Shown: piece after piece, positions 9,485 to 18,747 of the stretch | How positions within the stretch are numbered: position 1 is the stretch's first letter | How the letters are laid out: each line of letters opens with the position of its first letter | DNA from: Deltaproteobacteria bacterium | GTDB lineage: Bacteria; Desulfobacterota; Binatia; UBA12015 | Direction: 5' to 3' | NCBI GenBank assembly: GCA_046583355.1 | Contig: JAYGCM010000029.1 | Coordinates: 1-43,612 of the forward strand | Length of the DNA stretch: 43,612 bases | Notes under the pieces: model-generated | Database searches by the model: none | Told to the model about the DNA's origin: nothing | The model's input: only the letters and a program-made list of their open reading frames with translations | Translations under genes and position numbers: made by a program

Positions 9485-10741
9485 ATGAGCAAAGCTGTTT
9501 GGAGTTCACGCCCGTCGGCCTTTGAGGTGAAGCCGGCCCACCAGAGTGCCACCACCCGAATCGGGGAGTTCATCCACCTCTCCGAAGGGCTGTCGAGTAG
9601 CTATATGATCCCGACGCCCGAGGGCCGGCTGGTGATCAATACCGGCATGGGATTCGAGGGGCCGACCCACCGACGCCTCTTCGATGCGGTCGATTCCTCG
9701 CCCGTGCGCTACATCATTTTCACCCAGGGCCATGTCGACCATGTCGGCGGCACCGATGTCCTGCGCGACGAGGGCACGGAGATTGTCGCGCATGCAAACA
9801 ACCAGGAACACCAGGCCTACGACGGCCGGCTGGCGACCTTTCGGGCCCAGCGCAGCTTCTACGCCTTCATGGAGGCGATCCTCAAAGCTGCCAAGAAACA
9901 GCCCGCCGGGCCGCCCACGGTGCAGAGCAAGCCAGTGCCGACCATCACCTTCGAAGACCATTATGCATTCGACTTCGGCGGCCACCATTTCGAATTGCTG
10001 GCAACGCCGGGGGGTGAGACGCGCGACTCGCTGGTGATCCATCTCCCCGAGCACGATACCGTCTTTGCCGGGAACCTCTTCAGCTGCCTCTTCGGCCATA
10101 TCCCGAACCTCTGCACCATGCGCGGCGACCGCTACCGCGACGCACTCGAATTCGCCGCGTCCGCCGAGCGCGTCCTGGCACTCGATTGCGAACTCCTCTG
10201 CGTCGGCCACGGCCCGCCGCTTACCGGCAAGGCCCTGATTCGCAGCGAGATCGAGCGCGTGCGCGACGCCACTCTCTACCTGCACGATGCCACCGTCAAG
10301 GGCATGAATGAAGGCAAGGATCTCGATGCTCTGATGCGCGAAATTCAGCTTCCTGCCGAGCTGGAGGTCGGCCAGGGCTACGGCAAGGTGAGCTGGGATG
10401 TACGGGCGATCTGGGAGAATTACGCCGGCTGGTTCCACCAACGCTCGACAACCGAGCTTTTCGAGACCTCGGCAGCCAGCGTGCATGCCGACCTGCTCGA
10501 ACTCGCCGGCGGGGGCGATGCGGTGGCGGCGCGTGCGAAGACCCGACTCGGCAACGGCGATGCGGTCGAAGCATTGCACCTGACCGATATCGTGCTCGGC
10601 GCCGAGTCGCAAAACCGCCCTGCGCTGAAAGTCGCTCGCGACGCCCACCTTTTGCTCGAGCAACGCAGCGTCAATTTCTGGGAAACCAAATGGCTGCAGC
10701 ATCAGGCCCGCGGGCTCGAGGCACGGCTCGAAGGGAAATAG
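9485..10741 (+). CDS. MBL-fold hydrolase, alkyl sulfatase-like with dimerization domain
   Basis: TQGHVDHVGG (variant of HxHxDH), TPGGET.D, PNLCTMRGDRYR, VGHG, YGKVSWDVRAIWENYAGWF. SD GAGGAG. Confidence 0.85.
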   Translation: MSKAVWSSRPSAFEVKPAHQSATTRIGEFIHLSEGLSSSYMIPTPEGRLVINTGMGFEGPTHRRLFDAVDSSPVRYIIFTQGHVDHVGGTDVLRDEGTEIVAHANNQEHQAYDGRLATFRAQRSFYAFMEAILKAAKKQPAGPPTVQSKPVPTITFEDHYAFDFGGHHFELLATPGGETRDSLVIHLPEHDTVFAGNLFSCLFGHIPNLCTMRGDRYRDALEFAASAERVLALDCELLCVGHGPPLTGKALIRSEIERVRDATLYLHDATVKGMNEGKDLDALMREIQLPAELEVGQGYGKVSWDVRAIWENYAGWFHQRSTTELFETSAASVHADLLELAGGGDAVAARAKTRLGNGDAVEALHLTDIVLGAESQNRPALKVARDAHLLLEQRSVNFWETKWLQHQARGLEARLEGK

Positions 10742-10743
10742 CG

Positions 10744-12003
10744 ATGCCCGGCGAGATCCATATCGACGACCTGCGCGAGCCTATCCTCAATGATTTCCAG
10801 AAGGCCGCGCTTGCCTATGGCGAAACCCTCAAGCTCGATTTCACCGTCGAGGGCATCCTCGGCCAGGCACGCGAGGCCACGGGCCTGAGCGATTTCGGTG
10901 CTGACGATTTCCGCGAGCGACTCGGACTATTGGTCGAGGAATGGAGCCAGGACGAGGGATTGACCGGTATCGGCCGGCTGGGGCTGTGGAACAAACTCAC
11001 TCTTTTTGCGCGCAACCGCCTGCTGATTCACGACCACCTGCGCCGCCACCCCGAAGTCCACGATGAAGAGATCCGCGAACCGATCATCGTCGTCGGCCTG
11101 CCTCGCTCCGGCACCACACATCTGCTGAACCTGATCGCCGCCGACCCGGCCATGCACTCGCTGCCGCTCTGGGAGTCCTATGAACCTTTGCCGATGCCCG
11201 GCGAGAGTCCATCCGCCGACGGCGTGGATCCGCGCTACGCGCGTTGTGCGGCGCAATGGGAGGCGATGCAACAAGCAACGCCCTTCCTCGCGGCCATGCA
11301 TCCGATGAACCCCGACCATATCCACGAAGAGTTGGAGTTGATGGGGCCGAATTTCGCCTCCTATAATTTCGAATGGCTCGCCATGTCGCCGCGCTGGCGC
11401 GACGATTATTTCGCCCACGACCAGACGCCGCATTACGAATATTGCCGGACGGTGCTCAAGATCCTGCAGGCAGAGCGCGGTGCCCGGCGCTGGGTGCTGA
11501 AATGCCCACAGCATCTGGAGCAACTGCCGGTGCTGCAGAAGGTCTTTCCGGACGCGACGTTTGCCGTCACCCACCGCGACCCCGTCGCGGTGATCCAATC
11601 GACCGTGACCATGCTCGCCTACGGGCAGCGCATCGGACGCAAAAAAGTCGAGCCCGAAGCCTTGCTTGAGTATTGGATCGAACGGATCGACCACCTCCTG
11701 CGGGCCTGCGTGGCCGACCGCGACTCGCTGCCGGCCGGCCGCAGCATCGACATCCCCTTCGACATCTTCATGAAGGACGATATCGCCATGGTCGAGAAGA
11801 TCTACGCGACGGCCGGCATCCCGTTCTCCTCCGCCATCCGGAACCATATGCAGAACTTCATGGACCAGCATCCACGCGGCCGGGACGGCCGCATCGTCTA
11901 CCACCTCGAGCGCGATTTCGGTGTGAATCCGGCGGAATTGCGCAAGCGTTTCGCTTGGTATTTCGACCGCTTCCCGGTCCGCGCCGAGACCACGCAAGAT
12001 TGA
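10744..12003 (+). CDS. Sulfotransferase family protein (mycobacterial Stf-like)
   Basis: PAPS-binding 5'-PSB GLPRSGTTHL, WVLKCPQHL, and 3'-PB THRDP. ATG 10744 is 2 nt after the upstream stop. Confidence 0.9.
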   Translation: MPGEIHIDDLREPILNDFQKAALAYGETLKLDFTVEGILGQAREATGLSDFGADDFRERLGLLVEEWSQDEGLTGIGRLGLWNKLTLFARNRLLIHDHLRRHPEVHDEEIREPIIVVGLPRSGTTHLLNLIAADPAMHSLPLWESYEPLPMPGESPSADGVDPRYARCAAQWEAMQQATPFLAAMHPMNPDHIHEELELMGPNFASYNFEWLAMSPRWRDDYFAHDQTPHYEYCRTVLKILQAERGARRWVLKCPQHLEQLPVLQKVFPDATFAVTHRDPVAVIQSTVTMLAYGQRIGRKKVEPEALLEYWIERIDHLLRACVADRDSLPAGRSIDIPFDIFMKDDIAMVEKIYATAGIPFSSAIRNHMQNFMDQHPRGRDGRIVYHLERDFGVNPAELRKRFAWYFDRFPVRAETTQD

Positions 12004-12013
12004 AGGAGCTTCG

Positions 12014-12769
12014 ATGAGCAACGCCAGAGTACACTACGATTTCCAAGGCGCCCACATCCTCGTTACCGGCGGCAGCAACGGCATCGGCTACGCGATCGCC
12101 AGCAGCTTTGCCGCCGCCGGCGCCAAGGTGACGATTACCGGGACGGCGGCCACTGCCGACGGCTACGAAAACGACCTCTCGGCCTTCGCCTACCGCCAGC
12201 TGCAACTTGAGGAGAAGGGCGCCGCCGAGAGCCTGGCGGCCTCGCTGCCGCGGCTCGATATCCTGATCAACAATGCCGGCGCGAGCCTGCCGGGCGGCAA
12301 GGACGAATGGGAGCCGGACGTCTTTGAGCACTCCGTACAGATCAACCTCACGGCCGGCTACCGGCTGACGCATGCCTGCCTACCGCTGCTCGAGGCCAGC
12401 GAATTACCCGGCGGTGCCGCCGTCATCGGCATCGCATCCCTCACCTCGATCTTCGGACATGCCATGGTGCCGGGCTACGGGGCGGCCAAAACCGGCCTGC
12501 TCGGCCTCACCCGCACCCTGGCGATTGCCTGGGCCGACAAAGGCATCCGCGCCAATGCGATCGCGGCCGGCATGGTCAAAACCCGCATGACGGCAGTGGT
12601 GCAGACGATCCCCGAAATGAACGATCCGATCCTCGCGCGCACGCCGATGAAGCGCTGGGCGGAACCCGGCGAGATCGCCGACGCCGTACTCTTCCTCGCC
12701 TCGGATCAGGCCCGCTTCATCACCGGCCAGATGCTGGTCGTCGACGGCGGCTATTCCGTGAGCGGCTGA
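12014..12769 (+). CDS. Short-chain dehydrogenase/reductase
   Basis: TGGSNGIG, INNAG, catalytic YGAAK, ITGQMLVVDGG. SD AAGGAG. Confidence 0.93.
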   Translation: MSNARVHYDFQGAHILVTGGSNGIGYAIASSFAAAGAKVTITGTAATADGYENDLSAFAYRQLQLEEKGAAESLAASLPRLDILINNAGASLPGGKDEWEPDVFEHSVQINLTAGYRLTHACLPLLEASELPGGAAVIGIASLTSIFGHAMVPGYGAAKTGLLGLTRTLAIAWADKGIRANAIAAGMVKTRMTAVVQTIPEMNDPILARTPMKRWAEPGEIADAVLFLASDQARFITGQMLVVDGGYSVSG

Positions 12770-12775
12770 CCGAAC

Positions 12776-13939
12776 TCAGGCCTTGCGCAGCGGACTGCGG
12801 CTGGCGGCGTTTTCGATGATGCCCTCAACCTGCTGGCGCTCGGACTCAAGAAAGTTCTCGATCGCGTGGCCAAGCCGCGGGTCGCGCAACCAATGCAGGC
12901 TGCGGGTCGGCTCGGCATCGAAGCCGCGCAACCATTTGAACTCGCCACCGGCACCTGGCTCGAAGCGCCGCAGGCCGGAGTCGATACAATGTTCGATCGT
13001 GGCGTAATAACAAACATTGAAATGCAAGAAACGGACGTCCTCAAAGGTCCCCCAATAACGGCCGTAGAGCACCCCGGATTTCTGCACATTGAAGGTCCCC
13101 GCAATGAGCTCGCCGGCGCGCTCGGCTACGAGGAAGCAGAGATTGCGCCGGAACCGCTCGCGCAATAGGTCAAAGAATTCCGGGGTCAGGTAGCGGCGAC
13201 CATAAACGTATTTGTCGACCGTGGTCAGATAGAGCTTGTACATCGAGTCGAAGAGCGCATCGGGAATTTCATCACCGACCCGCGGCGTGATCACAATTTC
13301 TTGTTCGCCGAGAATGCGCCGCTCGCGCTTCACTTCCTTGCGCCGCTTCTGCTTGAGCGCGGCGAGATAATCATCGAAGACTTCATAGCCGTGATTGCGC
13401 CATTTGAATTGGTAGCCCAGGCGCAACCCGTAGCCGAGTTCCTGAAGCACCTCGGCCTCGTCTTCGGCACAGAAATTCACATGGATCGACGAGATCTCGT
13501 TTTCCCGGCAGAGGTCGATCAGCGCCGCTCCGAGCATGCGGATCATGGCCGGCCGGTCGACATCGGCGGCGACCAGAAAACGCAGGCCTTCGGCCGGCGT
13601 GAAGGGAACGGCGACCAGCATTTTCGGATAATACTCAATCCCCGCACCTTCGGCCGCATTGGCCCAAGCGTAGTCGAAGACGAACTCCCCCTCGCTATTG
13701 CCCTTGAGATAGAGCGGACAGGCCGCGATCAGGCGCTCCCCCTTCCAGACGGTGAGGTGGTGCGGCCCCCAGCCGGTACCCGTGCCAACGCAACCGGCAT
13801 CCTCGAGCGAAGCGAGCCAGCCCCATTCGAGGAATGGCGACCCGTCGCCCACCAGGCCGTCCCATGCCTCGGCCGACACATCCTGCGAAAGCCGCGTCAG
13901 CGTCCGGATAGTCAGGATTTCTTCGTCACGCTCGGTCAC
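12776..13939 (-). CDS. GNAT-fold FemAB-like (DUF482) protein
   Basis: PFLEWGWL, PLYLKGNSEGEFVFDYAWA, YYPKMLVAVPFTP, LYGRYWG, LHFNVCYY, FEPGAGGEFK. Confidence 0.9.
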   Translation of the reverse strand: MTERDEEILTIRTLTRLSQDVSAEAWDGLVGDGSPFLEWGWLASLEDAGCVGTGTGWGPHHLTVWKGERLIAACPLYLKGNSEGEFVFDYAWANAAEGAGIEYYPKMLVAVPFTPAEGLRFLVAADVDRPAMIRMLGAALIDLCRENEISSIHVNFCAEDEAEVLQELGYGLRLGYQFKWRNHGYEVFDDYLAALKQKRRKEVKRERRILGEQEIVITPRVGDEIPDALFDSMYKLYLTTVDKYVYGRRYLTPEFFDLLRERFRRNLCFLVAERAGELIAGTFNVQKSGVLYGRYWGTFEDVRFLHFNVCYYATIEHCIDSGLRRFEPGAGGEFKWLRGFDAEPTRSLHWLRDPRLGHAIENFLESERQQVEGIIENAASRSPLRKA

Positions 13940-14025
13940 TTCTCCGGGATGGTTGCTGGCGAGGCCGGCCGGAGCAAGTCCGAAGACGGTGGCGGGCGCC
14001 CGTGATCCGATGATAAGGCCCGAGC

Positions 14026-14478
14026 ATGGCAGGGAAATATTTCGAGGAACTTCCGGTCGGCGCGCGCTTCGTGCACCAGCCGAGCCGCACGGTGACCGAG
14101 ACCGACAACCTTCTGATCACGACGCTCACCATGAACGTCCAGCCGCTGCACCTCGACGCCGAATTCGCCGCCCGATCGCAATTCGGCAAAATCCTCGTGA
14201 ACAGCATGTTCACGCTCTCGCTGATCGTCGGGCTCTCGGTTGCCGAGACCACCCTCGGCACCACCATCGGCAACCTGGGCTTCGAGAAGATCGACTTCCC
14301 GCATCCAGTTTTCATCGGCGATACGATCACCGCGCGCACTGAGGTCATTGAAGCCCGGCCGTCTCAATCAAAGCCGGACCGGGGCATCGTGCTCTTCGAG
14401 CATATAGGCACCAACCAGCGTGACGAGATCGTCTGCCGGGCGCGGCGCAATGCCATGATGAAGACCCGCCCCGCCTGA
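14026..14478 (+). CDS. MaoC-family hot-dog dehydratase (Rv2499c-like)
   Basis: YFEEL, RTVTETDN, TMNVQPLHLD, VNSMFTL, NLGF, PVFIGDTI. Confidence 0.9.
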   Translation: MAGKYFEELPVGARFVHQPSRTVTETDNLLITTLTMNVQPLHLDAEFAARSQFGKILVNSMFTLSLIVGLSVAETTLGTTIGNLGFEKIDFPHPVFIGDTITARTEVIEARPSQSKPDRGIVLFEHIGTNQRDEIVCRARRNAMMKTRPA

Positions 14479-14759
14479 ACACCCTCGATTCCTGAGTTCC
14501 GGGCGGCTCGTCGCGATCCTGTCCTAATCTGACACGAACAAAATGCCGACAAAACCCCCATGCCCTCGAAACAGCGCGGAGGGGAACAGACGAATCTTTT
14601 CGAGCCGATAGCTTTCCGGCCCACAAGCCGGGCGGTCATACTCCCCCCTGGACCTCGTTATTGACTCTCCCCTCCCGGATTCCTCTCTCTCCTTCGCGCT
14701 GCCCCCCCCTGCGGGGGGAGCGGGCATTGCGGTGGCTGGGTGTGGCAAGGGATGGATAA

Positions 14760-15137
14760 ATGAAGTGGAAATCGCGGTTATTTGATCTCGTACTTGCGGG
14801 GATTCCCCTGCTGGTCATCGGGATTCCTGCTTGGATCCACGGCCCCGGCCATGAACATCTGATTGATGAAACGACGCTGATCGCGCCGTCCATGAGCGCG
14901 ATTGCACTGCGTGCCCCCAGCGATTCCGATATCTTGGTCGAGCGCTTCTGCGCCGCGACCTGCATCGTTTGTTCCAGCAACGGCATGGACAAAGCGACCT
15001 TCCGACGCGAGGATCAATCCTGCCTGCGACCCGAGCCGGCCCTGCGCATTCCCGCGGGGGGAGAGGTCGCCTGCCGCAACGAATGCACGATGACCCATGC
15101 GGTGGTCGTCATCGGCGCCCTCGCGCGCAGTTCCTGA
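14760..15137 (+). CDS. Hypothetical small exported or membrane-anchored His/Cys-rich protein
   Basis: Fills the gap between maoC and the convergent symporter. Basic N-terminus plus hydrophobic segment, HGPGHEH, CxxxCxxC, six Cys in total. Weak SD (AAGGGA/GGA). Confidence 0.5.
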   Translation: MKWKSRLFDLVLAGIPLLVIGIPAWIHGPGHEHLIDETTLIAPSMSAIALRAPSDSDILVERFCAATCIVCSSNGMDKATFRREDQSCLRPEPALRIPAGGEVACRNECTMTHAVVVIGALARSS

Positions 15138-15194
15138 GCGCGACCAGGGGCCCGGCTTTTCGGTCAGACCGCTTGAGGTCCGACCAGACCGCCC

Positions 15195-16139
15195 TTATGC
15201 CGCGCGGCTTTCCTCGTGCTTTGCACCCTCGGCTTCCTTGCGCCAGATCGTCGCCAGAAGGCTGCCGAGAATAGAGTGCGTGACGGCAGAAATCGCGCCG
15301 GGTACGGCCGTCAAAGGGTCGGCGAAATGCCGATTCGCCAGCACTACAGCAAGACCGGAGTTTTGCATTCCCACCTCGATCGAGACTGTGCGACGGATGA
15401 TCTCGGCGTAGCCAAGGAAACGTGCCAGGCCGTAGCCCAAAGCGAATCCGCCCAGATGCAGCAAGGCGACTGCGGCCAAGAGCGGTCCCACCGACCCGAG
15501 GATCTCTTCGGTGCGCTGGCCGATGATACTGGCGCAGATCATCACGATCGCAAGCACCGCGACCAGAGGCGCGACAGGCTGCACCTTCGCTACCAGGGTA
15601 GGCGCAAAATGGTTGAGGGATAAACCGAGCAGCACGGGAATCAGAACGACCTGCAAGGTACTGAGGAAGAGGCCGAACGCATCTACGGGCACCATCGTGC
15701 CGGCATAGAAACTCGTCAGCAGCGGCGTCATCACGATGGCGACCAGAGTCGAGCACATGGTCATCAGAACCGAGAAGGGCAGACTCGCGCGCGCAATATA
15801 GGTCACGACATTCGAGGCCGTGCCGCCGGGCGCACAACCCACCAGAATCAACCCGACGGCCAAAGGCGTCGGCAGCGCCAGCGCCTGGCCGATGGCCCAG
15901 GCAAGCGCGGGCATGACGAGAAATTGCACGGCGACGCCCACAGCAATCGGGCGCGGCACGGCGGCGACCTCGCGAAAGTCGGCAAAGCGCAGCGTGATCC
16001 CCATACCGAGCATGATCACGGCCAGGCCCCAGACGATCCACGGGCCCCGAAACCAGGTGAAGAGCGAAGGCTCGATCATCGCGGCTACGCCGCCGACCAG
16101 AACCCAAAGAGGAAAGAGGCGTGTCAGGCGCTCAAGCAT
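15195..16139 (-). CDS. Bile acid:sodium symporter (BASS) family transporter
   Basis: IMLGMG.TL, QFLVMP, GCAPGGTASNV, SIEVGMQNSGLA; about 9-10 hydrophobic helices. Confidence 0.93.
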   Translation of the reverse strand: MLERLTRLFPLWVLVGGVAAMIEPSLFTWFRGPWIVWGLAVIMLGMGITLRFADFREVAAVPRPIAVGVAVQFLVMPALAWAIGQALALPTPLAVGLILVGCAPGGTASNVVTYIARASLPFSVLMTMCSTLVAIVMTPLLTSFYAGTMVPVDAFGLFLSTLQVVLIPVLLGLSLNHFAPTLVAKVQPVAPLVAVLAIVMICASIIGQRTEEILGSVGPLLAAVALLHLGGFALGYGLARFLGYAEIIRRTVSIEVGMQNSGLAVVLANRHFADPLTAVPGAISAVTHSILGSLLATIWRKEAEGAKHEESRAA

Positions 16140-16186
16140 GGCCTCTTTTTGCTTCTCCTCGACAACTTCGCAACAAGTCGGCGTGC

Positions 16187-17257
16187 TCAGAGCCGGTCGC
16201 GGAAATAATCGACGGTACCGAGGTCGCGCAAGGCGCTATTGGCTCGCGCGGTGGCGCGGCGGCCGACCTCAATACTCTGCATCCGGTCGCCGGCGGCCAA
16301 GGTCGTCACGGCGGCAAGCCAGGCATAGGCCGCGTAGCGCCGATAATCTTCGCGAATAGCGGCGGCATCAAGCACGACGCCACCAGTGGCGAGCGAGTCG
16401 CGGTAGAGGGAGAGCAACGCGCCTTCGTGTTCGCGGCGCAATGCGGTCGGCAAGGAGTTGCAGGAAAAATAGGCAACATCACGCACACCATTGCTCCGAC
16501 AGGTGCAGGCCCAATCGAGGAAGCCGACCTCATCGCCATCGACGAAGAGGTTGCCGAGATGCGGGTCGCCGTGAATCAGCGTCGGCACGCCCTCTTCGAG
16601 AATGGCCTGGAAGCCCTGGTTGGCATCGAGGTAGAGCCGTCCCAACTCACCGAACTCGGGCGGCATCTCGGTGGCGAATTGTTCGAGTGCTGACTTGATT
16701 AGAATCTGCCCCCAATCGTTGCGCATCGGCCCCTCGATGAAGGCGAGTTCGGCATGCGCGGCCTGCGTGCCGCGGTAATGAGCGTGCAAGCGGCCCAGCG
16801 CGCACATGAGCGACCCGGCATAGGTGAGGAGGTCCGGGTGGTTGGTGCCGGGAAAGGTACAGCCCGCGGCGTTCAGGTCTTCGAGCAACATGATATATTC
16901 GGCGCCGTCGTCGCTGGCCTGAGCAAAAAGCGGCTGCGGCACGCGAACCGGCACCGCCGACGCGACATGCTGGTAGAAGCGCGCCTCGCGCCTACCCATT
17001 CCGGTCGCCAGCACCATCTGGCGCGAGATCTCATTGGTCGGCGGCAACTTGACGAAGATCGAAGCAGCCGGCGTATCCAGGCCCTGCCACTCCACCCGGA
17101 TCTGTGCCCGCCCCGTGGTGCCACTATGGGCGTCCACAACCTCGACTTTGCGGGCGCGGGCTTCCGGATAGCGGCCCGCCACGGCCGTGGTCAGCCACTG
17201 CGTGGTGATTTCCTCCGGCACAGCCGGCAAAAATGAGGTGGCTGAACGAGAATCCAT
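16187..17257 (-). CDS. Aminoglycoside/choline-kinase-like phosphotransferase
   Basis: FVKLP, REARFY, LLEDL, Brenner motif TLIHGDPHLGNLF, FLDW, RDVAYF. Confidence 0.87.
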   Translation of the reverse strand: MDSRSATSFLPAVPEEITTQWLTTAVAGRYPEARARKVEVVDAHSGTTGRAQIRVEWQGLDTPAASIFVKLPPTNEISRQMVLATGMGRREARFYQHVASAVPVRVPQPLFAQASDDGAEYIMLLEDLNAAGCTFPGTNHPDLLTYAGSLMCALGRLHAHYRGTQAAHAELAFIEGPMRNDWGQILIKSALEQFATEMPPEFGELGRLYLDANQGFQAILEEGVPTLIHGDPHLGNLFVDGDEVGFLDWACTCRSNGVRDVAYFSCNSLPTALRREHEGALLSLYRDSLATGGVVLDAAAIREDYRRYAAYAWLAAVTTLAAGDRMQSIEVGRRATARANSALRDLGTVDYFRDRL

Positions 17258-17350
17258 CCGACGACCTGTACGTCAGGACCCCGCCGCAGGGCAAACGCGG
17301 AAGGCCCGGCGTGCAGTGAATTCACGCCGCGCAGCGGCTAACCTCGGCGG

Positions 17351-18712
17351 ATGCCCCGCAAGGTTTATTTCGTATCGCTCGGCTGCGCCAAGAACCGGGT
17401 CGACACCGAGGTGATGCTCGGCGTGAGCCAGCAGCGCGGGCTTGAGCTCACCGACGACCCGCTTGAGGCCGAGGTGATCGTAGTGAATACCTGCGGTTTC
17501 ATCGGCCCGGCCAAAGAGGAATCGGTCAATACCGTCCTCGAGATGGCCCGCTACAAAGAAGAAGGGGCCTGTGAAAAACTGGTCGTCGCCGGCTGTCTGA
17601 CGCAGCGCTACGCCGACGAGATCGCCGTCGAGATCCCCGAAATCGACCATCTACTCGGCTCCAGCGATATGCTGAAGCTCGGCCAGGTGCTCGACAGCGA
17701 CGCCGCGCGCATGCTGGTCGGCAACCCGGCCGAATATACAATGCGCGCCGACGACCCGCGCGTGCTGACCCAAATGGGGCATAGCGCGTATATGAAAATC
17801 GCCGAAGGCTGCAATCGTGCGTGCAGCTTCTGCGCGATTCCCGGCTTTCGCGGCAAGCAACGCTCACGGCCGATCGACGACCTCGTGCGCGAAGCCGAGC
17901 AATTGGTCGCCGCCGGCGTACGTGAGATCTGCCTGATCTCGCAAGATACCATCGCCTACGGGCGCGACCGCGACGAACGCCCCACACTAGCCGAACTGAC
18001 CGCCGCGTTGGCCGAGGTAAAGGGGCTGGGCTGGCTGCGGCTGCATTATCTCTATCCCGAGAAAATGGACCCGGCGCTGCTCGAGTTGATGGCGCACCAC
18101 CCCATCGTGCTGCCCTATATCGATATGCCCTTTCAGCATGCGAGCGACGCCATGCTGCGCGCCATGCGCCGCGGCCACGGCGGCCAGCGGCTGCGCGATA
18201 CGGTCGATAGGCTGCGCCAGGCGGTACCGGGCCTGGTCCTGCGCACCACGTTCCTGGTCGGCCACCCGGGCGAGACCGACGCGGATTTTCAGGAACTTTG
18301 TTCTTTCCTCGACTATGCCGCACCCGAGCACCTTGGCGTGTTTGCCTACTCCCATGAAGAGGGCACACCGGCCGGCGAGCGCGACGACCTTATCCCCGAC
18401 GAGGTAGTCGAAGAGCGGCAGCGCGAGCTGCTCACCCGCCAACGTGAGTTCAATACCGCTCGCCTGCGCCGCCGTGTCGGCGAAGAAATCGAGGTTCTGG
18501 TCGATGGCCTGAGCGAGCAATCCGACCTCTTGCTGCAGGGCCGCTGGTGGGGCCAGGCCCCCGATGTCGACGGCAGCATCACGCTGGCCAACGGCGAGGC
18601 TCAGCCCGGCGAGTTCCGCCGCGCCCTGATCACCGCCGCATCGGAATACGACCTCGTCGCCGACCTCCTCACCACCGAAGGCCTGCACGAAGCCCCACCC
18701 TCCGACGCGTGA
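17351..18712 (+). CDS. rimO: Ribosomal protein S12 methylthiotransferase RimO
   Basis: SLGCAKNRVD, VNTCGFI, VAGC; radical-SAM KIAEGCNRACSFC; QDTIAYG, LHYLYP, YIDMPFQH; TRAM-domain QAPDVDG. Confidence 0.95.
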   Translation: MPRKVYFVSLGCAKNRVDTEVMLGVSQQRGLELTDDPLEAEVIVVNTCGFIGPAKEESVNTVLEMARYKEEGACEKLVVAGCLTQRYADEIAVEIPEIDHLLGSSDMLKLGQVLDSDAARMLVGNPAEYTMRADDPRVLTQMGHSAYMKIAEGCNRACSFCAIPGFRGKQRSRPIDDLVREAEQLVAAGVREICLISQDTIAYGRDRDERPTLAELTAALAEVKGLGWLRLHYLYPEKMDPALLELMAHHPIVLPYIDMPFQHASDAMLRAMRRGHGGQRLRDTVDRLRQAVPGLVLRTTFLVGHPGETDADFQELCSFLDYAAPEHLGVFAYSHEEGTPAGERDDLIPDEVVEERQRELLTRQREFNTARLRRRVGEEIEVLVDGLSEQSDLLLQGRWWGQAPDVDGSITLANGEAQPGEFRRALITAASEYDLVADLLTTEGLHEAPPSDA

Positions 18713-18747
18713 CGCCCGGACGGCGCGGATGAGTCTGAAGCGGGAAC

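Noticed and set aside
5621..17257. ACAD10/11-like dehydrogenase plus phosphotransferase as an Lva-type 4-hydroxyacid pathway
   Set aside because: The genes are 9 kb apart in different transcription units, and I cannot assign the kinase to the LvaA type.
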